A stretch of 64,000 bases of DNA from an uncultured Candidatus Saccharibacteria bacterium (lineage in GTDB: Bacteria > Patescibacteriota > Minisyncoccia > Phycocordibacterales > CAIZLB01), in contig CAYQJB010000001.1 in assembly GCA_964417855.1 (NCBI GenBank), forward strand, positions 102,709-166,708. The letters run 5' to 3'. This document shows, in pieces, positions 48,500 through 59,204 of the stretch. The translations under genes and the position numbers were made by a program. The first letter of the stretch is position 1. Each line of letters opens with the position of its first letter. A model generated the notes under the pieces. It searched no databases and was not told the origin of the DNA. It saw only the letters and a list, made by a program, of their open reading frames with translations.

Positions 48500-49252
48500 T
48501 TACTTTATTTTTGACATAAGAGTAACAAACGCGTCTTCAGGTGAAGCAATGACCAAGTACTTATGCTGAAGAAGCGATATTGGATTAATATTTCGGAGCT
48601 CTGAAATTTCGAAGCTTCCTAGATTAGAAAATCCTCGCTTTACATTTTCTTCAAGCGCTGGAACTGTAATAAGAGCAGCATTTTTCTTCTTTGTTGCTAA
48701 CTTATCAAAGCCCTTAACGTTTGAGAGTCTATCTATCATAGCTAACGCAAGTTTTGTCTTAGGTTCAACTAATTCTAGATTTTTGACGAAGAGGATCTCA
48801 CCATCTCTCCACTTTGCGGAAAGAATTGTAAATAGTGCCTTAGCCTTCATTTTCTTGTTCACTTTTCTGTCGTAATTTTTCTCTTTACGAGGTCCGTGAG
48901 CAACACCTCCACCTACCCAGATTGGAGAACGAGATGATCCGTGACGGGCTTGTCCGGTACCTTTTTGCTTCCAAGGTTTTTTACCACCTCCAGCAACCTC
49001 GCTTCTATCTTTTGTATGTGCAAGTGGTTGTCTCGCAGCTGAACGTATTGAGTTTACAACTTGAGCGACAAGATCTGCGTTCCAAGGAATTCCGAAGATT
49101 TCCTTTGGAAGAGCTACAGTGCCAGCACTATTACCTCCCACATCGTAAATAGTTCCTTCTAGAGGAGCTACTACTTTCTCTTTTTTAGCTTTTACTACTT
49201 TCTCTGTCTTTGCGACTTTGATTGCAGCTGCTTTTCTTGATGTTTGTGCCAT
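48500..49252 (-). CDS. rplD: 50S ribosomal protein L4
   Basis: KPWKQKGTGQARHGSSRSPIWVGGGVAHGPR L4 loop. Confidence 0.9.
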   Translation of the reverse strand: MAQTSRKAAAIKVAKTEKVVKAKKEKVVAPLEGTIYDVGGNSAGTVALPKEIFGIPWNADLVAQVVNSIRSAARQPLAHTKDRSEVAGGGKKPWKQKGTGQARHGSSRSPIWVGGGVAHGPRKEKNYDRKVNKKMKAKALFTILSAKWRDGEILFVKNLELVEPKTKLALAMIDRLSNVKGFDKLATKKKNAALITVPALEENVKRGFSNLGSFEISELRNINPISLLQHKYLVIASPEDAFVTLMSKIK

Positions 49253-49281
49253 AAATTTAATTTAAGGTTAAGATAATTGTG

Positions 49282-49881
49282 CTAGGCGCGCACTTCTACT
49301 AATGTGCCTCTTCGACCAGGAACTGCCCCGCGAATAAATAATTCGCCGGTTTCCTTATTGTATGAAATAACAGTTAGATTTTTAACGGTTATTCTATCAC
49401 CACCCATACGGCCTGCCATACGTGTACCTTTAAATACACGTTGGTAACCTCCGGCACCGATAGAACCTGGCTCGCGCTCACTGTGCTTTTGACCGTGAGA
49501 ACGTGGGCCTCCGTGAAATCCATGGCGTTTTACAACACCCTGAAATCCCTTTGATTTTGAAATAGCTGACACCTCCACTTTTTCCCCAGGAGTAAGTTCT
49601 GGAGTAACGTCATCACCAATTGATGAATCCTTTAAACCAGAAATTTCTCTTAGGTATTGGAAATTACCAAGATCTTTCATCTGTCCTTTTTGTGGCTTGT
49701 TAATACGACGTGGACTTTTTGAACCAAATCCAATCTGAACAGCCTCATAACCATCTTTATCTGTAGTTTTAACTTGCGTTACAACCATAGGAGAGGTTTT
49801 AAGAACTGTGACAGGGTGGACATTGCCTTTTTCATCAAAAAGCTGAGTCATATTCTGTTTTGTTCCGAGAATAAATTTCAT
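49282..49881 (-). CDS. rplC: 50S ribosomal protein L3
   Basis: ILGTKQNMTQLFDEKGNVHPVTVL. Confidence 0.9.
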   Translation of the reverse strand: MKFILGTKQNMTQLFDEKGNVHPVTVLKTSPMVVTQVKTTDKDGYEAVQIGFGSKSPRRINKPQKGQMKDLGNFQYLREISGLKDSSIGDDVTPELTPGEKVEVSAISKSKGFQGVVKRHGFHGGPRSHGQKHSEREPGSIGAGGYQRVFKGTRMAGRMGGDRITVKNLTVISYNKETGELFIRGAVPGRRGTLVEVRA

Positions 49882-49914
49882 GATAGTTTGGGGGATTCAC
49901 TGAAGAAAGTAAAA

Positions 49915-50268
49915 CTACATCATTTTTACGTCGATATTCACACCTGATGGCAGACTCAAGTTAGTTAGAGCTTCAATCACCTTTGCATTTGGATTGATGA
50001 TATCAATCAGACGCTTGTGTGTTCTCATCTCAAATTGCTCACGTGAATTTTTGAAAATAAACGATGAACGATTTACTGTATATTTCTTGATTTCTGTAGG
50101 AAGTGGAATAGGACCCACGATAGTAGCATCAAATCTTAGAGCTGTATCCATAATTTGTTTAATGGATGCATCAATGATTTTTGACTCATACGCACGAACA
50201 CGTATACGTAGTCTTGATACGCTATCTTCTTTTGCAGTTTTCTTTTTATGTGCTTCTTTTATTGCCAT
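49915..50268 (-). CDS. rpsJ: 30S ribosomal protein S10
   Basis: RLRIRVRAYESKIIDASIKQIMDTAL ... PIPLPTEIKKYTVNRSSFIFKNSREQFEMRTHKRLIDI. Confidence 0.9.
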   Translation of the reverse strand: MAIKEAHKKKTAKEDSVSRLRIRVRAYESKIIDASIKQIMDTALRFDATIVGPIPLPTEIKKYTVNRSSFIFKNSREQFEMRTHKRLIDIINPNAKVIEALTNLSLPSGVNIDVKMM

Positions 50269-50312
50269 AATGGCGGTTTTTTTAATAGTTTCTGAGTAAA
50301 ATTCAACTAGAG

Positions 50313-51506
50313 TTAGGCTACGATCTTAGTTACAACGCCGGCTCCTACAGTTCTACCTCCCTCGCGAATAGCGAATCTTGTATTGTCTTCAAGAGCAATT
50401 GGGGCTACCAATTTAACCTTGAAAGTAACTGTATCACCAGGCATAACCATGTCTACGCCCTCCTTTAGAGTAACCTCTCCTGTTACGTCAGTTGTACGTA
50501 CGTAGAACTGAGGTTTGTAACCTGAGAAGAATGGAGTGTGTCGACCGCCTTCTTCCTTCTTAAGGATATAGACTTCTGCTTCAAAATCTGTATGTGGCTT
50601 AACTGATCCTGGCTTTGCTAGAACTTGACCTCTTGCAAGATCATCCTTCTTAACACTTCTTAGTAGAATACCAGCGTTGTCTCCAGCTTGACCTTCTGAC
50701 AATTGCTTGTTGAACATTTCAATACCTGTAACAACTGTTTTTTGAGTATCATGTAGTCCGATGATTTCAATTTCTTCACCGATCTTGATTATACCTTTTT
50801 CAATTTTACCTGTAACAACTGTTCCTCTTCCTTCAATTGAGAAAATATCTTCAATAGGCATAAGGAAAGGCTTATCAGTCTCTCTAACTGGTTGTGGAAT
50901 ATAGTTATCTAGAGCGTCAACTAATTCAAGAACCTTCTTTGACCATTCATCATCAATACCTGGAGCTTCAAGTGCCTTAAGCGCTGAACCTCTGATAACT
51001 GGTGCATCTTCGTCAAATCCGTTCTTTGCTAGAAGCTCTCTGATTTCTGCCTCAACTAGGTCAAGCATGTCTGCATCATCAACCATGTCACACTTGTTCA
51101 TGAATACAACAATCTTTGGAACACCAACTTGCTTTGCAAGTAGAACGTGCTCGCGAGTTTGTGGCATAGGTCCGTCAGTAGCAGCAACAACCAAGATTGC
51201 GCCGTCCATTTGAGCAGCTCCTGTGATCATGTTCTTGATGTAGTCGGCGTGGCCTGGTGCATCAATGTGAGCATAGTGTCTTGCGTTTGTAGTGTACTCA
51301 CTGTGTGAAAGTGAAATTGTAATACCACGAGCCTTTTCCTCTGGGGCCTTGTCAATATCTCCGATTGACTTAATTGTAGCCTTCATACCTGCTCTGTTAA
51401 GAACATTAAGAATAGCTGCAGTTAATGTAGTCTTTCCGTGATCAACGTGTCCAATTGTACCCACGTTAACGTGAGGCTTTGAACGATCAAAAATTTCTAT
51501 TGCCAT
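50313..51506 (-). CDS. tuf: Elongation factor Tu
   Basis: [26 protein letters not shown]-motifs. Confidence 0.95.
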   Translation of the reverse strand: MAIEIFDRSKPHVNVGTIGHVDHGKTTLTAAILNVLNRAGMKATIKSIGDIDKAPEEKARGITISLSHSEYTTNARHYAHIDAPGHADYIKNMITGAAQMDGAILVVAATDGPMPQTREHVLLAKQVGVPKIVVFMNKCDMVDDADMLDLVEAEIRELLAKNGFDEDAPVIRGSALKALEAPGIDDEWSKKVLELVDALDNYIPQPVRETDKPFLMPIEDIFSIEGRGTVVTGKIEKGIIKIGEEIEIIGLHDTQKTVVTGIEMFNKQLSEGQAGDNAGILLRSVKKDDLARGQVLAKPGSVKPHTDFEAEVYILKKEEGGRHTPFFSGYKPQFYVRTTDVTGEVTLKEGVDMVMPGDTVTFKVKLVAPIALEDNTRFAIREGGRTVGAGVVTKIVA

Positions 51507-51901
51507 ATATTTGCTTGATAATTAAATGAATATATCGATATTTATATGGATATCTCCATAAATCTTTATACTCACCAATTAATAAAAATTAAATTAATAA
51601 GTTTCTAAATTTTATCCCCAGTGCTTCTCTCAGTAGTTTAGCTTAATTATGTTTGATTCTTAATACTGCCTTAAATCAAAAAGAAGATTGGGATAAAAAA
51701 CCGCCAAAAGGCGTCTAATGGATAATATCAGAAGGTGGGGGTTTGTCAATGTCAAAGCTATAACCTACCCCCCCCCACTTAAGGTTAATCAACCCTGAAT
51801 TCTGTTTCGGTCTTTTGACCATCGTCAGACAAGATACACATCTTATGACAGAACCCGTTCACTCAACGGGCAGAGTTGCACAGTTTATGTGCTTTATTAC
51901 G

Positions 51902-52141
51902 CTATTCACATAACATTTCGAGGTATTTATCATCAAAATTTTCTACCTCATTCCAATCTTCACCTTGTCTTTTGACAAAAATGAAGTCTTCAACCCTTAA
52001 GGTTGTATTTGAAAAGACGAAGGCACAGCCTTCCTCTAGGGTCTTAACGGTTTGGAAATAAGCCATATAGGCAAATCCACCACCCGGGGCAAAACCCCAG
52101 CACTTAACCCATGTTACCTTTGCTTTTTGTGTGTTTTGCAT
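51902..52141 (-). CDS. Small hypothetical protein (80 aa, MQNTQKAKVTWVKCWGFAPGGGFAYMAYF...)
   Basis: Balanced composition. AGGA 13 nt upstream of ATG at 52141. About 60 nt downstream of the hammerhead motif. The longer track ORF (to 52246) overlaps the ribozyme. Confidence 0.3.
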   Translation of the reverse strand: MQNTQKAKVTWVKCWGFAPGGGFAYMAYFQTVKTLEEGCAFVFSNTTLRVEDFIFVKRQGEDWNEVENFDDKYLEMLCE

Positions 52142-52203
52142 AGTTATAAACGTCCTAACTTTAGAGATTAAGGCACTCGTAGCTACACAAAACGTTAAAA
52201 AGA

Positions 52204-52258
52204 ACCACTGTTTCGCTTTTTTAAGCTCATCAGTCGAAGTACGCACTTCGAGACAGAG
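52204..52258 (-). ncRNA. Hammerhead ribozyme motif, minimal type III (stem III open)
   Basis: Minus strand 5'-CCUCUG-UC / UCGAAGU-GCGU-ACUUCGA / CUGAUGA / GCUU-AAAA-AAGC / GAAA / CAGUGG-3'. Full catalytic core (CUGAUGA, GAAA, cleavage site GUC), G10.1-C11.1 and C15.2-G16.2 pairs, 7-bp stem I, 4-bp stem II, 6/7-bp stem III. Confidence 0.5.
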
Positions 52259-53149
52259 GACGGATAGAACGTCTATCCGTGATTTACTACAAGTACTCTA
52301 TCGAGCAGTTGTAATTTCTGTTCAAAAGGTAGTTTTCTCTACCTCGGCTTTTCATCTCGCGATAAAAGCAGAACTCAAAGCAATTATTTGCTTTGAACGT
52401 ACTCGCGATAATCCGCAAGGGACATCACGAGCCCGTCAACGACGACGTAGGTCATGGTTTATACTTTTTGAAATGTTCATTGCTATTAACACACTGTATT
52501 TTGGCTAATATTTATTAATTCTATTTAAGGACTCAAAATCAGCTCGATTTTGGATTAAATTAACAGTGTTTACTTATCTGTGTTGTAGTATAGCCATGTT
52601 CATATTTTTGTCAAGATGTTTTGACACTTTGTTTTTATTTTGTCATTTGTACCCTTTTATATAGCCATATTTAATCAATATAAAAGTAAATTGATAACAA
52701 CAAAACTCTATAAAGGGTATACAAAATTAGAAAATATATTATATTATGTTTTTTTATATTGCCAATCTAATTACCCAAGAATAAGGTCGTTTTAGCTTAA
52801 ATCTATTAAATGTCTAAATTGCTTGACAAAAGAATCAGACATGCTACATTGTGATACGGAATTTGACTGTACTTTCGGCTATAAAGCCGACAGATCAAAG
52901 TGTTCTAACCCAAAAGTGCAATGCCCGATTAACCCTAAAGGAAAGGTGGCTTGTCGTGAACCTAGCCGGGTTTTCACGACAGGCCTCTGAGTACTAAAAA
53001 AGGGACTTGTTTATAACTTCTGGGCATAGTAACCGCAAGCACACCATATACACCACCACCACAATGCATGATTAATTAGAATGATTGTCCTTTTTGAAAA
53101 CCCTTCATATTTGTAAACCTCCCCACCAAGGTAGTTCACAAACAAAAAA

Positions 53150-53177
53150 AGCTCGGTTCCTACCCAGGAACCGAGCT
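53150..53177 (-). terminator. Intrinsic terminator after the TrmB-like gene (agctcggttcc taccca ggaaccgagct + U7 on minus strand)
   Basis: Perfect 11-bp stem, A7 on plus strand upstream. Confidence 0.7.
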
Positions 53178-53198
53178 AATTTTTTACCTAATTTTTTC

Positions 53199-54047
53199 TT
53201 ATTTACCTTCCTCTATATTTTTAAAGGCTAATTCAAACAAAGAGGTTAGGGTTTCCGCAAAATCCTTATTATAAACAATCATTCCACCCAATTTTGATCC
53301 CAAAGTAGCTATTCTTACCTTATTGTTGTAAATACTAATATCGCAACTTAAAGGATACTTTTTACCATCTACGAACAACCTATTCCCCAAGTTAGCACTT
53401 CTGTCAATTTCCCCTTTTGAATACGTATATATTGATTTACCGGAAATTTTCTTATCTACCCTTATTTTACGGAATCTATTACTATCGGCCTCTGAAAACA
53501 GACTTTCTATTAAATCCTTTGGATAAATCATATACATAGTGCCGCCTTTGTCATCTTTTGATTGGAAAAGCTCCTCAGTCATACTTATAACGCCCTCTTT
53601 TCCTTCAAAAAATTTAACTACAGGCTTTTCAGCATCCTCTCTGTAAATACTCTTAAGTTGTGGAACTATATCCTTAAGTCTTTTACTTTGTTCATCCAGC
53701 TGTATTTTACGTCTTTCAATATAAGTCTCCAGTCTTTCTGGTGGTTCAGCTTGGTATCTAACCTTTTTATCAACTAAAACTTCAAATATTAGCCCTTTAT
53801 TTGAAAGCGATTCAAGTACTGGATAGATAGTTGTACGATTAATTTTAGTCTTCTCAGCTAAATCAAGTACAGAATCATTGTCTACCTCCAAAAGAGACAG
53901 GTAAACCTTTGCCTCTTTCTCTGATAAACCTAAATCTTCAAGATATTTTTCAAACATAAGCATATTATACCATAGAATATTTAAATTTCGTTTTAATAGA
54001 CAATTTTTGGTTTTAAATTGTACTGCAAATGTAGGATTATTTACCAA
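53199..54047 (-). CDS. TrmB-family transcriptional regulator (N-terminal wHTH, C-terminal effector domain)
   Basis: MFEKYLEDLGLSEKEAKVYLSLLEVDNDSVLDLAEKTKINRTTIYPVLESLSNKGLI matches the TrmB HTH. Start likely Met at about 53957. Confidence 0.65.
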   Translation of the reverse strand: MVNNPTFAVQFKTKNCLLKRNLNILWYNMLMFEKYLEDLGLSEKEAKVYLSLLEVDNDSVLDLAEKTKINRTTIYPVLESLSNKGLIFEVLVDKKVRYQAEPPERLETYIERRKIQLDEQSKRLKDIVPQLKSIYREDAEKPVVKFFEGKEGVISMTEELFQSKDDKGGTMYMIYPKDLIESLFSEADSNRFRKIRVDKKISGKSIYTYSKGEIDRSANLGNRLFVDGKKYPLSCDISIYNNKVRIATLGSKLGGMIVYNKDFAETLTSLFELAFKNIEEGK

Positions 54048-55119
54048 ATATTCCAGATAATAGATTGTTTACACCTTGCCAGATTGAAGCAAATAACCCA
54101 AAATTAGACAACTGAGATACCTTAGTACTAATTTTAACAACACCGGTACTTGTTGCGTTAAACTTAGGATTGTTTGTATCCGTAATTACAATTTTGTAAG
54201 GTTTATCATACTGAACAGCCTGACCAACAATATCCCAGGTTACACTTGCTTTTCCTCCACCTAAATTGGAACCAGCTGTTACTGAGCCTAAAATACTAGT
54301 TCCAACCCATCCAAAAGGAACTAACCCAATACTCACAGAATCAGTAGAAGATAAATTATTAGACGTCCAAACAATATCTTTTGTTACAACTGTTGTTTTT
54401 GTCTTAATATAGACCTTCAGATTAGGGTTACTAGTTGTTGTAGTAAAAGGTACCCAAGTCTCATCAACACTCAGAGATAATAAAGACAATGAACAAGGCA
54501 AGGAGATAGTAAGAGGAAATTGATTAGTAGTTTTTCCAGTATACAGAGCTCTTGCTTGAACCTTAGCTACTTGCCCTATTTCGTAATTATTACACAGAAT
54601 ATAGTTCGGAACTGTCAAAATTTCTGTAGTTGAAGCAGCGTTAATTTGCTTAATTAAAACACTATCGATATACAAAGACCAACTATTAACCTTTGAATTT
54701 GGGATATATAGATTACCGATTTTAAACGAATGATTACCTGGGTTGCTCTCAGTATCCACAGAATATATGTAAGGAGATGTTGTTGCAAGAACAATAGTTG
54801 AGGTAGCTACTGTTGAGCTTGCTAATTGCTTATTTAGCGTCTGAAGCTGCAGATTTAATGAGATTAGATTTTGCTGTAGTGTTGCAACAGAGACATCCGC
54901 TGAGGATAACTGGTTTTGAAGTGCTAAAATCTGTGAGTTTATTGATGAAATTTGAGTTCGAAATGAGCTAATCTGTGCAGTTGTTGATGCAATATCCTTT
55001 TTTGTTGAGTCTATCTGAGTTTGAATCTGTGCTGTTGTTGCTGCGTTTGTAATGAAGGGTGACACCAGCATGGAAACGCCTATCAGCGATAGTGCAACCA
55101 AATATATTTTTATTTTCAT
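54037..55119 (-). CDS. Secreted hypothetical protein (signal peptide, Gln/Ser-rich coiled coil, beta-rich C-terminal domain)
   Basis: N-terminal signal/TM. Heptad repeats QIQTQIDSTKKDIASTTAQISSFRTQISSINSQILALQNQL. Stop overlaps the TrmB start. Confidence 0.5.
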   Translation of the reverse strand: MKIKIYLVALSLIGVSMLVSPFITNAATTAQIQTQIDSTKKDIASTTAQISSFRTQISSINSQILALQNQLSSADVSVATLQQNLISLNLQLQTLNKQLASSTVATSTIVLATTSPYIYSVDTESNPGNHSFKIGNLYIPNSKVNSWSLYIDSVLIKQINAASTTEILTVPNYILCNNYEIGQVAKVQARALYTGKTTNQFPLTISLPCSLSLLSLSVDETWVPFTTTTSNPNLKVYIKTKTTVVTKDIVWTSNNLSSTDSVSIGLVPFGWVGTSILGSVTAGSNLGGGKASVTWDIVGQAVQYDKPYKIVITDTNNPKFNATSTGVVKISTKVSQLSNFGLFASIWQGVNNLLSGIFGK

Positions 55120-55192
55120 AAGTTATATTATACAACAAAAAAACAACCCCTAGTTTGAGGAGTTGTTTTTTTTGTGGATAAGTTTTATCAGA

Positions 55193-57346
55193 TTATTTTC
55201 TTGCCTCAACGATAGCCTTCTCAACGTTAGCTGGAACTGTATCGTAGTGATCAAATTCCATTGAAACTGAACCTCTTCCCTGTGTCATTGATCTAATATC
55301 TGTTGTATAACCGAACATTTCAGATAGAGGAACCATGGCTCTAATAACTCTAATTCCACCTGGTCTATCATCCATTCCTTCAATTTGACCTCTCTTTGAT
55401 GAAAGTGAACCGGTAACGTCTCCCATGAATTGTTCTGGTGTTAGAGCTTCAACCTTCATTATAGGTTCAAGAATAACAGGTCTTGCGCGTCTTGCTCCCT
55501 CTTGGAAAGCTTGAGAAGCTGCAATCTTGTAAGCGATTTCTGATGAGTCAACATCATGGTATGAACCAAATGTTAATTCACAAGATACATTTGTTAGAGG
55601 GAAACCAGCAACAATACCTCTTTCCATAGCTTCCTTAACTCCCTTTTCAACTGCTGGAATGAATTCTGTTGGAATAACACCTCCCTTAATTGAGTCAATA
55701 AACTCAAAGTCAGCTGTTCTATGAACGTTTTTAGGAATTTTAGCTCCTTCCTCAAGTGGCTCTAGGTGCTTAATTGTCATTCTAACGTGTCCATATTGCC
55801 CCTTACCTCCAGATTGCTTAACATATTTATGTTCAGCTTCTGCACTTCCTAGAATTGTCTCTCTGTATGCAACCTGAGGAGCACCAACATTAGCCTCAAC
55901 ACCAAACTCTCTCTTCATTCTATCAACCATAATTTCAAGGTGTAGTTCACCCATTCCAGAAATAACAGTATCTCCAGTTTCTGTGTTTGATGTAACTCTA
56001 AAAGTTGGATCTTCATCACCTAATTTCTTAAGTGCAACACCCATTTTCTCTTGATCAGCCTTTGTTTTAGGCTCGATTCTAAGTGAAACAACAGGTTCTG
56101 CAAATTTAATAGGGTCAAGAATGATTGGGTGATTTTCATCACAGAAAGTATGAGATGTCTTTGCTTCCTTAAGACCAACAGCCGCAACGATTTCTCCTGC
56201 AAAAACTTTCTTAACATCCTCTCTTTTATTTGCCTGAAGTCTAACGATACGCCCAAGTCTCTCCTTATTTCCTGTTGTTGAGTTGTAAATATATGAACCA
56301 GCTTCAATTGTTCCTGAATAAACACGGAAGAATGTAAGTTGTCCAACAAACGGGTCAGTTTGTAGCTTGAAAGCAAGAGCAGAAAAAGGCTCTTCATCTG
56401 AAGCGTGTCTTTCAATTACATCTCCTGTTTCTGGATCGAGACCTTTTATAGCAGGAATATCTAATGGAGATGGAAGGTAATCGATAACAGCATCCAAAAC
56501 TAGTTGAACACCCTTATTTTTAAGAGCAGAACCTGTGAAAACTGGGAATACCTTGTTCTCAATAACTCCTTTTCTAAGAGAAGCCTTAAGCTCATCTATT
56601 GTAAACACAGCGTCATCACCTTGTTCTAGATATCTGTTCATCAACTCTTCATCAAATTCAACACACTTCTCTACAAGCTCTTGTCTTCTCAGCTTTGACT
56701 CATCAAGCATGTCAGCAGGAATTTCTTCTTCTGTAACAGTACTTCCCATATCTCCTGTAAATGTGTATGACTTCATCTTAAGAAGGTCAATTACTCCAGA
56801 CAGATTCTCTTCTTCTCCGATTGGAAGTTGCATTCTTATTGCATTCTTATTTAGTCTATCCAAAATTGATTGATATGATCTCTCAAATGATGCACCCATT
56901 CTATCTAGCTTATTAATAAAACATATACGTGGAACGTGATATTTATCAGCTTGTCTCCAAACTGTCTCAGATTGAGCTTCAACACCAGCAACCCCATCAA
57001 ATACTACAACTCCACCATCAAGAACCTTTAGAGAACGTTCAACTTCAACTGTGAAGTCTACGTGACCTGGTGTGTCAATAATGTTGAAACGGTGCATCTT
57101 AGAAAGATCCTTACCCATGTAAACTGGATTCCAGAAACAAGTAATAGCAGCTGCAGTAATTGTAATACCACGCTCTTTTTCTTGTTCCATCCAGTCTGTT
57201 ACAGCTTCACCTTCATGAACCTCTCCAATTTTATGGCTCATTCCTGTGTAATAAAGAACACGTTCTGATGTTGTTGTCTTTCCAGCATCAATGTGGGCGA
57301 TAATACCGAAGTTTCTAATTTTCTCTAATGGGTAATCACGTTGCAT
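55193..57346 (-). CDS. fusA: Elongation factor G
   Basis: [34 protein letters not shown]-motifs. 717 aa. Confidence 0.95.
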   Translation of the reverse strand: MQRDYPLEKIRNFGIIAHIDAGKTTTSERVLYYTGMSHKIGEVHEGEAVTDWMEQEKERGITITAAAITCFWNPVYMGKDLSKMHRFNIIDTPGHVDFTVEVERSLKVLDGGVVVFDGVAGVEAQSETVWRQADKYHVPRICFINKLDRMGASFERSYQSILDRLNKNAIRMQLPIGEEENLSGVIDLLKMKSYTFTGDMGSTVTEEEIPADMLDESKLRRQELVEKCVEFDEELMNRYLEQGDDAVFTIDELKASLRKGVIENKVFPVFTGSALKNKGVQLVLDAVIDYLPSPLDIPAIKGLDPETGDVIERHASDEEPFSALAFKLQTDPFVGQLTFFRVYSGTIEAGSYIYNSTTGNKERLGRIVRLQANKREDVKKVFAGEIVAAVGLKEAKTSHTFCDENHPIILDPIKFAEPVVSLRIEPKTKADQEKMGVALKKLGDEDPTFRVTSNTETGDTVISGMGELHLEIMVDRMKREFGVEANVGAPQVAYRETILGSAEAEHKYVKQSGGKGQYGHVRMTIKHLEPLEEGAKIPKNVHRTADFEFIDSIKGGVIPTEFIPAVEKGVKEAMERGIVAGFPLTNVSCELTFGSYHDVDSSEIAYKIAASQAFQEGARRARPVILEPIMKVEALTPEQFMGDVTGSLSSKRGQIEGMDDRPGGIRVIRAMVPLSEMFGYTTDIRSMTQGRGSVSMEFDHYDTVPANVEKAIVEARK

Positions 57347-57435
57347 ATATTAATTTAAATTTATTTATTTGTAAGTTATTTTACCATAAAACAATAAACC
57401 CCGCAGGTGTTATTGAGGGGTTTATTGTTACCAAA

Positions 57436-57906
57436 CTACCAAGCGAAGTGAGCAAACGCCTTGTTAGCATCAGCCATCTTGTGTGTATTCTCCTTCTTTC
57501 TTACTGCCTCTCCTTCATTCTTTGAAGCTGCAATAATTTCATCTGCTAATTTAAGGTGTATAGGCTTTCCCTTCTTTGCGCGAGCTGCATCAATAATCCA
57601 TTTCATAGATAGGAAAGTTCTTCTTTCTTGTCTAACCTCTCTAGGAACTTGATAGTTTGCACCTCCAACTCTTCTTGATCTAACTTCAACCATAGGAGCT
57701 GTGTTTTTAAGAGCTGTCTCAAAAACTTCCATTGGGTTTTCTGTCTTCAATGTTTCCATTATTGCATCAAAAGTACCATAGATGATCTTTGTTGCAGTTT
57801 CCTTCTTACCACTCCACATTATGTAGTTGATAAACTTTGCGACAACATCTGACTTATATTTCGTATCCGGTTTAATCGTAAACTTCTTTTTTAATTTTCT
57901 TCGCAT
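57436..57906 (-). CDS. rpsG: 30S ribosomal protein S7
   Basis: S7 fold motifs (VVAKFINYIMWSGKKETA, ALKNTAPMVEVRSRRVGGANYQVP). Confidence 0.9.
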   Translation of the reverse strand: MRRKLKKKFTIKPDTKYKSDVVAKFINYIMWSGKKETATKIIYGTFDAIMETLKTENPMEVFETALKNTAPMVEVRSRRVGGANYQVPREVRQERRTFLSMKWIIDAARAKKGKPIHLKLADEIIAASKNEGEAVRKKENTHKMADANKAFAHFAW

Positions 57907-58035
57907 TGTTCTGTAATTAACGTAATTTTAATAATTTTATTGATAATACGCGGTTCATAGATTTTATTCAGTACCTCAACAGCTTTGTTAAAGACTTACT
58001 CTACGAACCATTTTGTACATTTTTAGTACAGCAGC

Positions 58036-58452
58036 TTATTTGGCTGCTTTTGGGCGTTTTGCGCCGTAAGCTGAACGTTGTTTTCTACGCTTTTCAACAC
58101 CTGCACAGTCTAACTTTCCTCTTACTACAGTATATCTAATACCAACGTCCTTAACGCGACCACCTCTTAGAAGAACAACGGAGTGCTCTTGTAGGTTGTG
58201 ACCCATTCCAGGAATGTAGGCAGTAACTTCTATACCATTTGTAAGACGAACTCTTGCAATCTTTCTGATAGCAGAGTTAGGCTTCTTAGGTGTTTTGGTT
58301 GTAACTTTTGTGCAAACTCCTCTTTTGAAAGGTGAGTTATAGAACACTGGTCTATTTTGCTGTGTGTTAAAACCGCGAGTAAGGGCAATAGCCTTACTCT
58401 TCTTGCGAGTTTTTGAACGATTCTTCTTAACTAATTGGTTTAAAGTGGGCAT
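58036..58452 (-). CDS. rpsL: 30S ribosomal protein S12
   Basis: [12 protein letters not shown] ... [10 protein letters not shown]. Confidence 0.9.
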   Translation of the reverse strand: MPTLNQLVKKNRSKTRKKSKAIALTRGFNTQQNRPVFYNSPFKRGVCTKVTTKTPKKPNSAIRKIARVRLTNGIEVTAYIPGMGHNLQEHSVVLLRGGRVKDVGIRYTVVRGKLDCAGVEKRRKQRSAYGAKRPKAAK

Positions 58453-58557
58453 GCTTAAATTTACGAGTGTATATAAAATACACTAGTTGTCATAGACTAC
58501 TATACATAGGCATTGAATGCAAGCCTGTTTTAGGGTCAAATGAACAGTGTAGATGAG

Positions 58558-59178
58558 TTAAATCATTCTAAGACCTGAAATAGCATAAGCTATAAAATAA
58601 ACTACGGGGATAATCAATTGCCATAGGAAGAATACGAACAATAAACTAAATAGAAGACCGTATCTCTCAAGGGTGTGCATTATGTATCTTGCCTTTTGTG
58701 GTAAAATTGCTGATAAGATACGAGATCCATCAAGTGGTGGTATAGGTACTAGGTTAAATGTAGCTAGAACTAGGTTTGTTAACACTATTATCTCCAAAGC
58801 TACTATTGCAGGCCCTGGTAGTCCTAATCCAAAAAACCTTATTGTTAGCCCTGCAATTACAGCAAGCACTATATTTGACAATGGTCCCGCAAAAGCAACC
58901 AGTGCTTCACCTTTTTTTCCTGATTTTAAGGCGTTAAAATTAACAGGTACTGGTTTTGCCCAACCAAGAATGATTCCGCCGGGTAATATGGCGCAAAGTA
59001 AGGGTAATATTATAGAGCCAAATGGATCTATATGCTTAATTGGGTTCAAAGTAAGCCTTCCCATTATCTTGGCTGTTTGATCTCCCTGACTTAATGCTGC
59101 TAATCCATGGGATACTTCATGAATTACTACTGAAAATACTAGTATCGCTATTGAAATTATTATTGTTGCTATGTCCAT
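58558..59178 (-). CDS. Site-2 protease family (M50) intramembrane zinc metalloprotease
   Basis: HEVSHGLAA HExxH in TM helix and LVPIPPLDGSRIL LDG motif. Confidence 0.7.
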   Translation of the reverse strand: MDIATIIISIAILVFSVVIHEVSHGLAALSQGDQTAKIMGRLTLNPIKHIDPFGSIILPLLCAILPGGIILGWAKPVPVNFNALKSGKKGEALVAFAGPLSNIVLAVIAGLTIRFFGLGLPGPAIVALEIIVLTNLVLATFNLVPIPPLDGSRILSAILPQKARYIMHTLERYGLLFSLLFVFFLWQLIIPVVYFIAYAISGLRMI

Positions 59179-59204
59179 AGAACTATGATAACATGCCTAC
59201 ACAT

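Noticed and set aside
51876-52508. Plus-strand ORFs 51876..52061 and 52131..52508, and the 5' extension of minus ORF to 52246
   Set aside because: They overlap the hammerhead motif and stable hairpins. Arg/Ser-rich odd composition. Only the 80-aa core 51902..52141 (minus) was kept, at low confidence.
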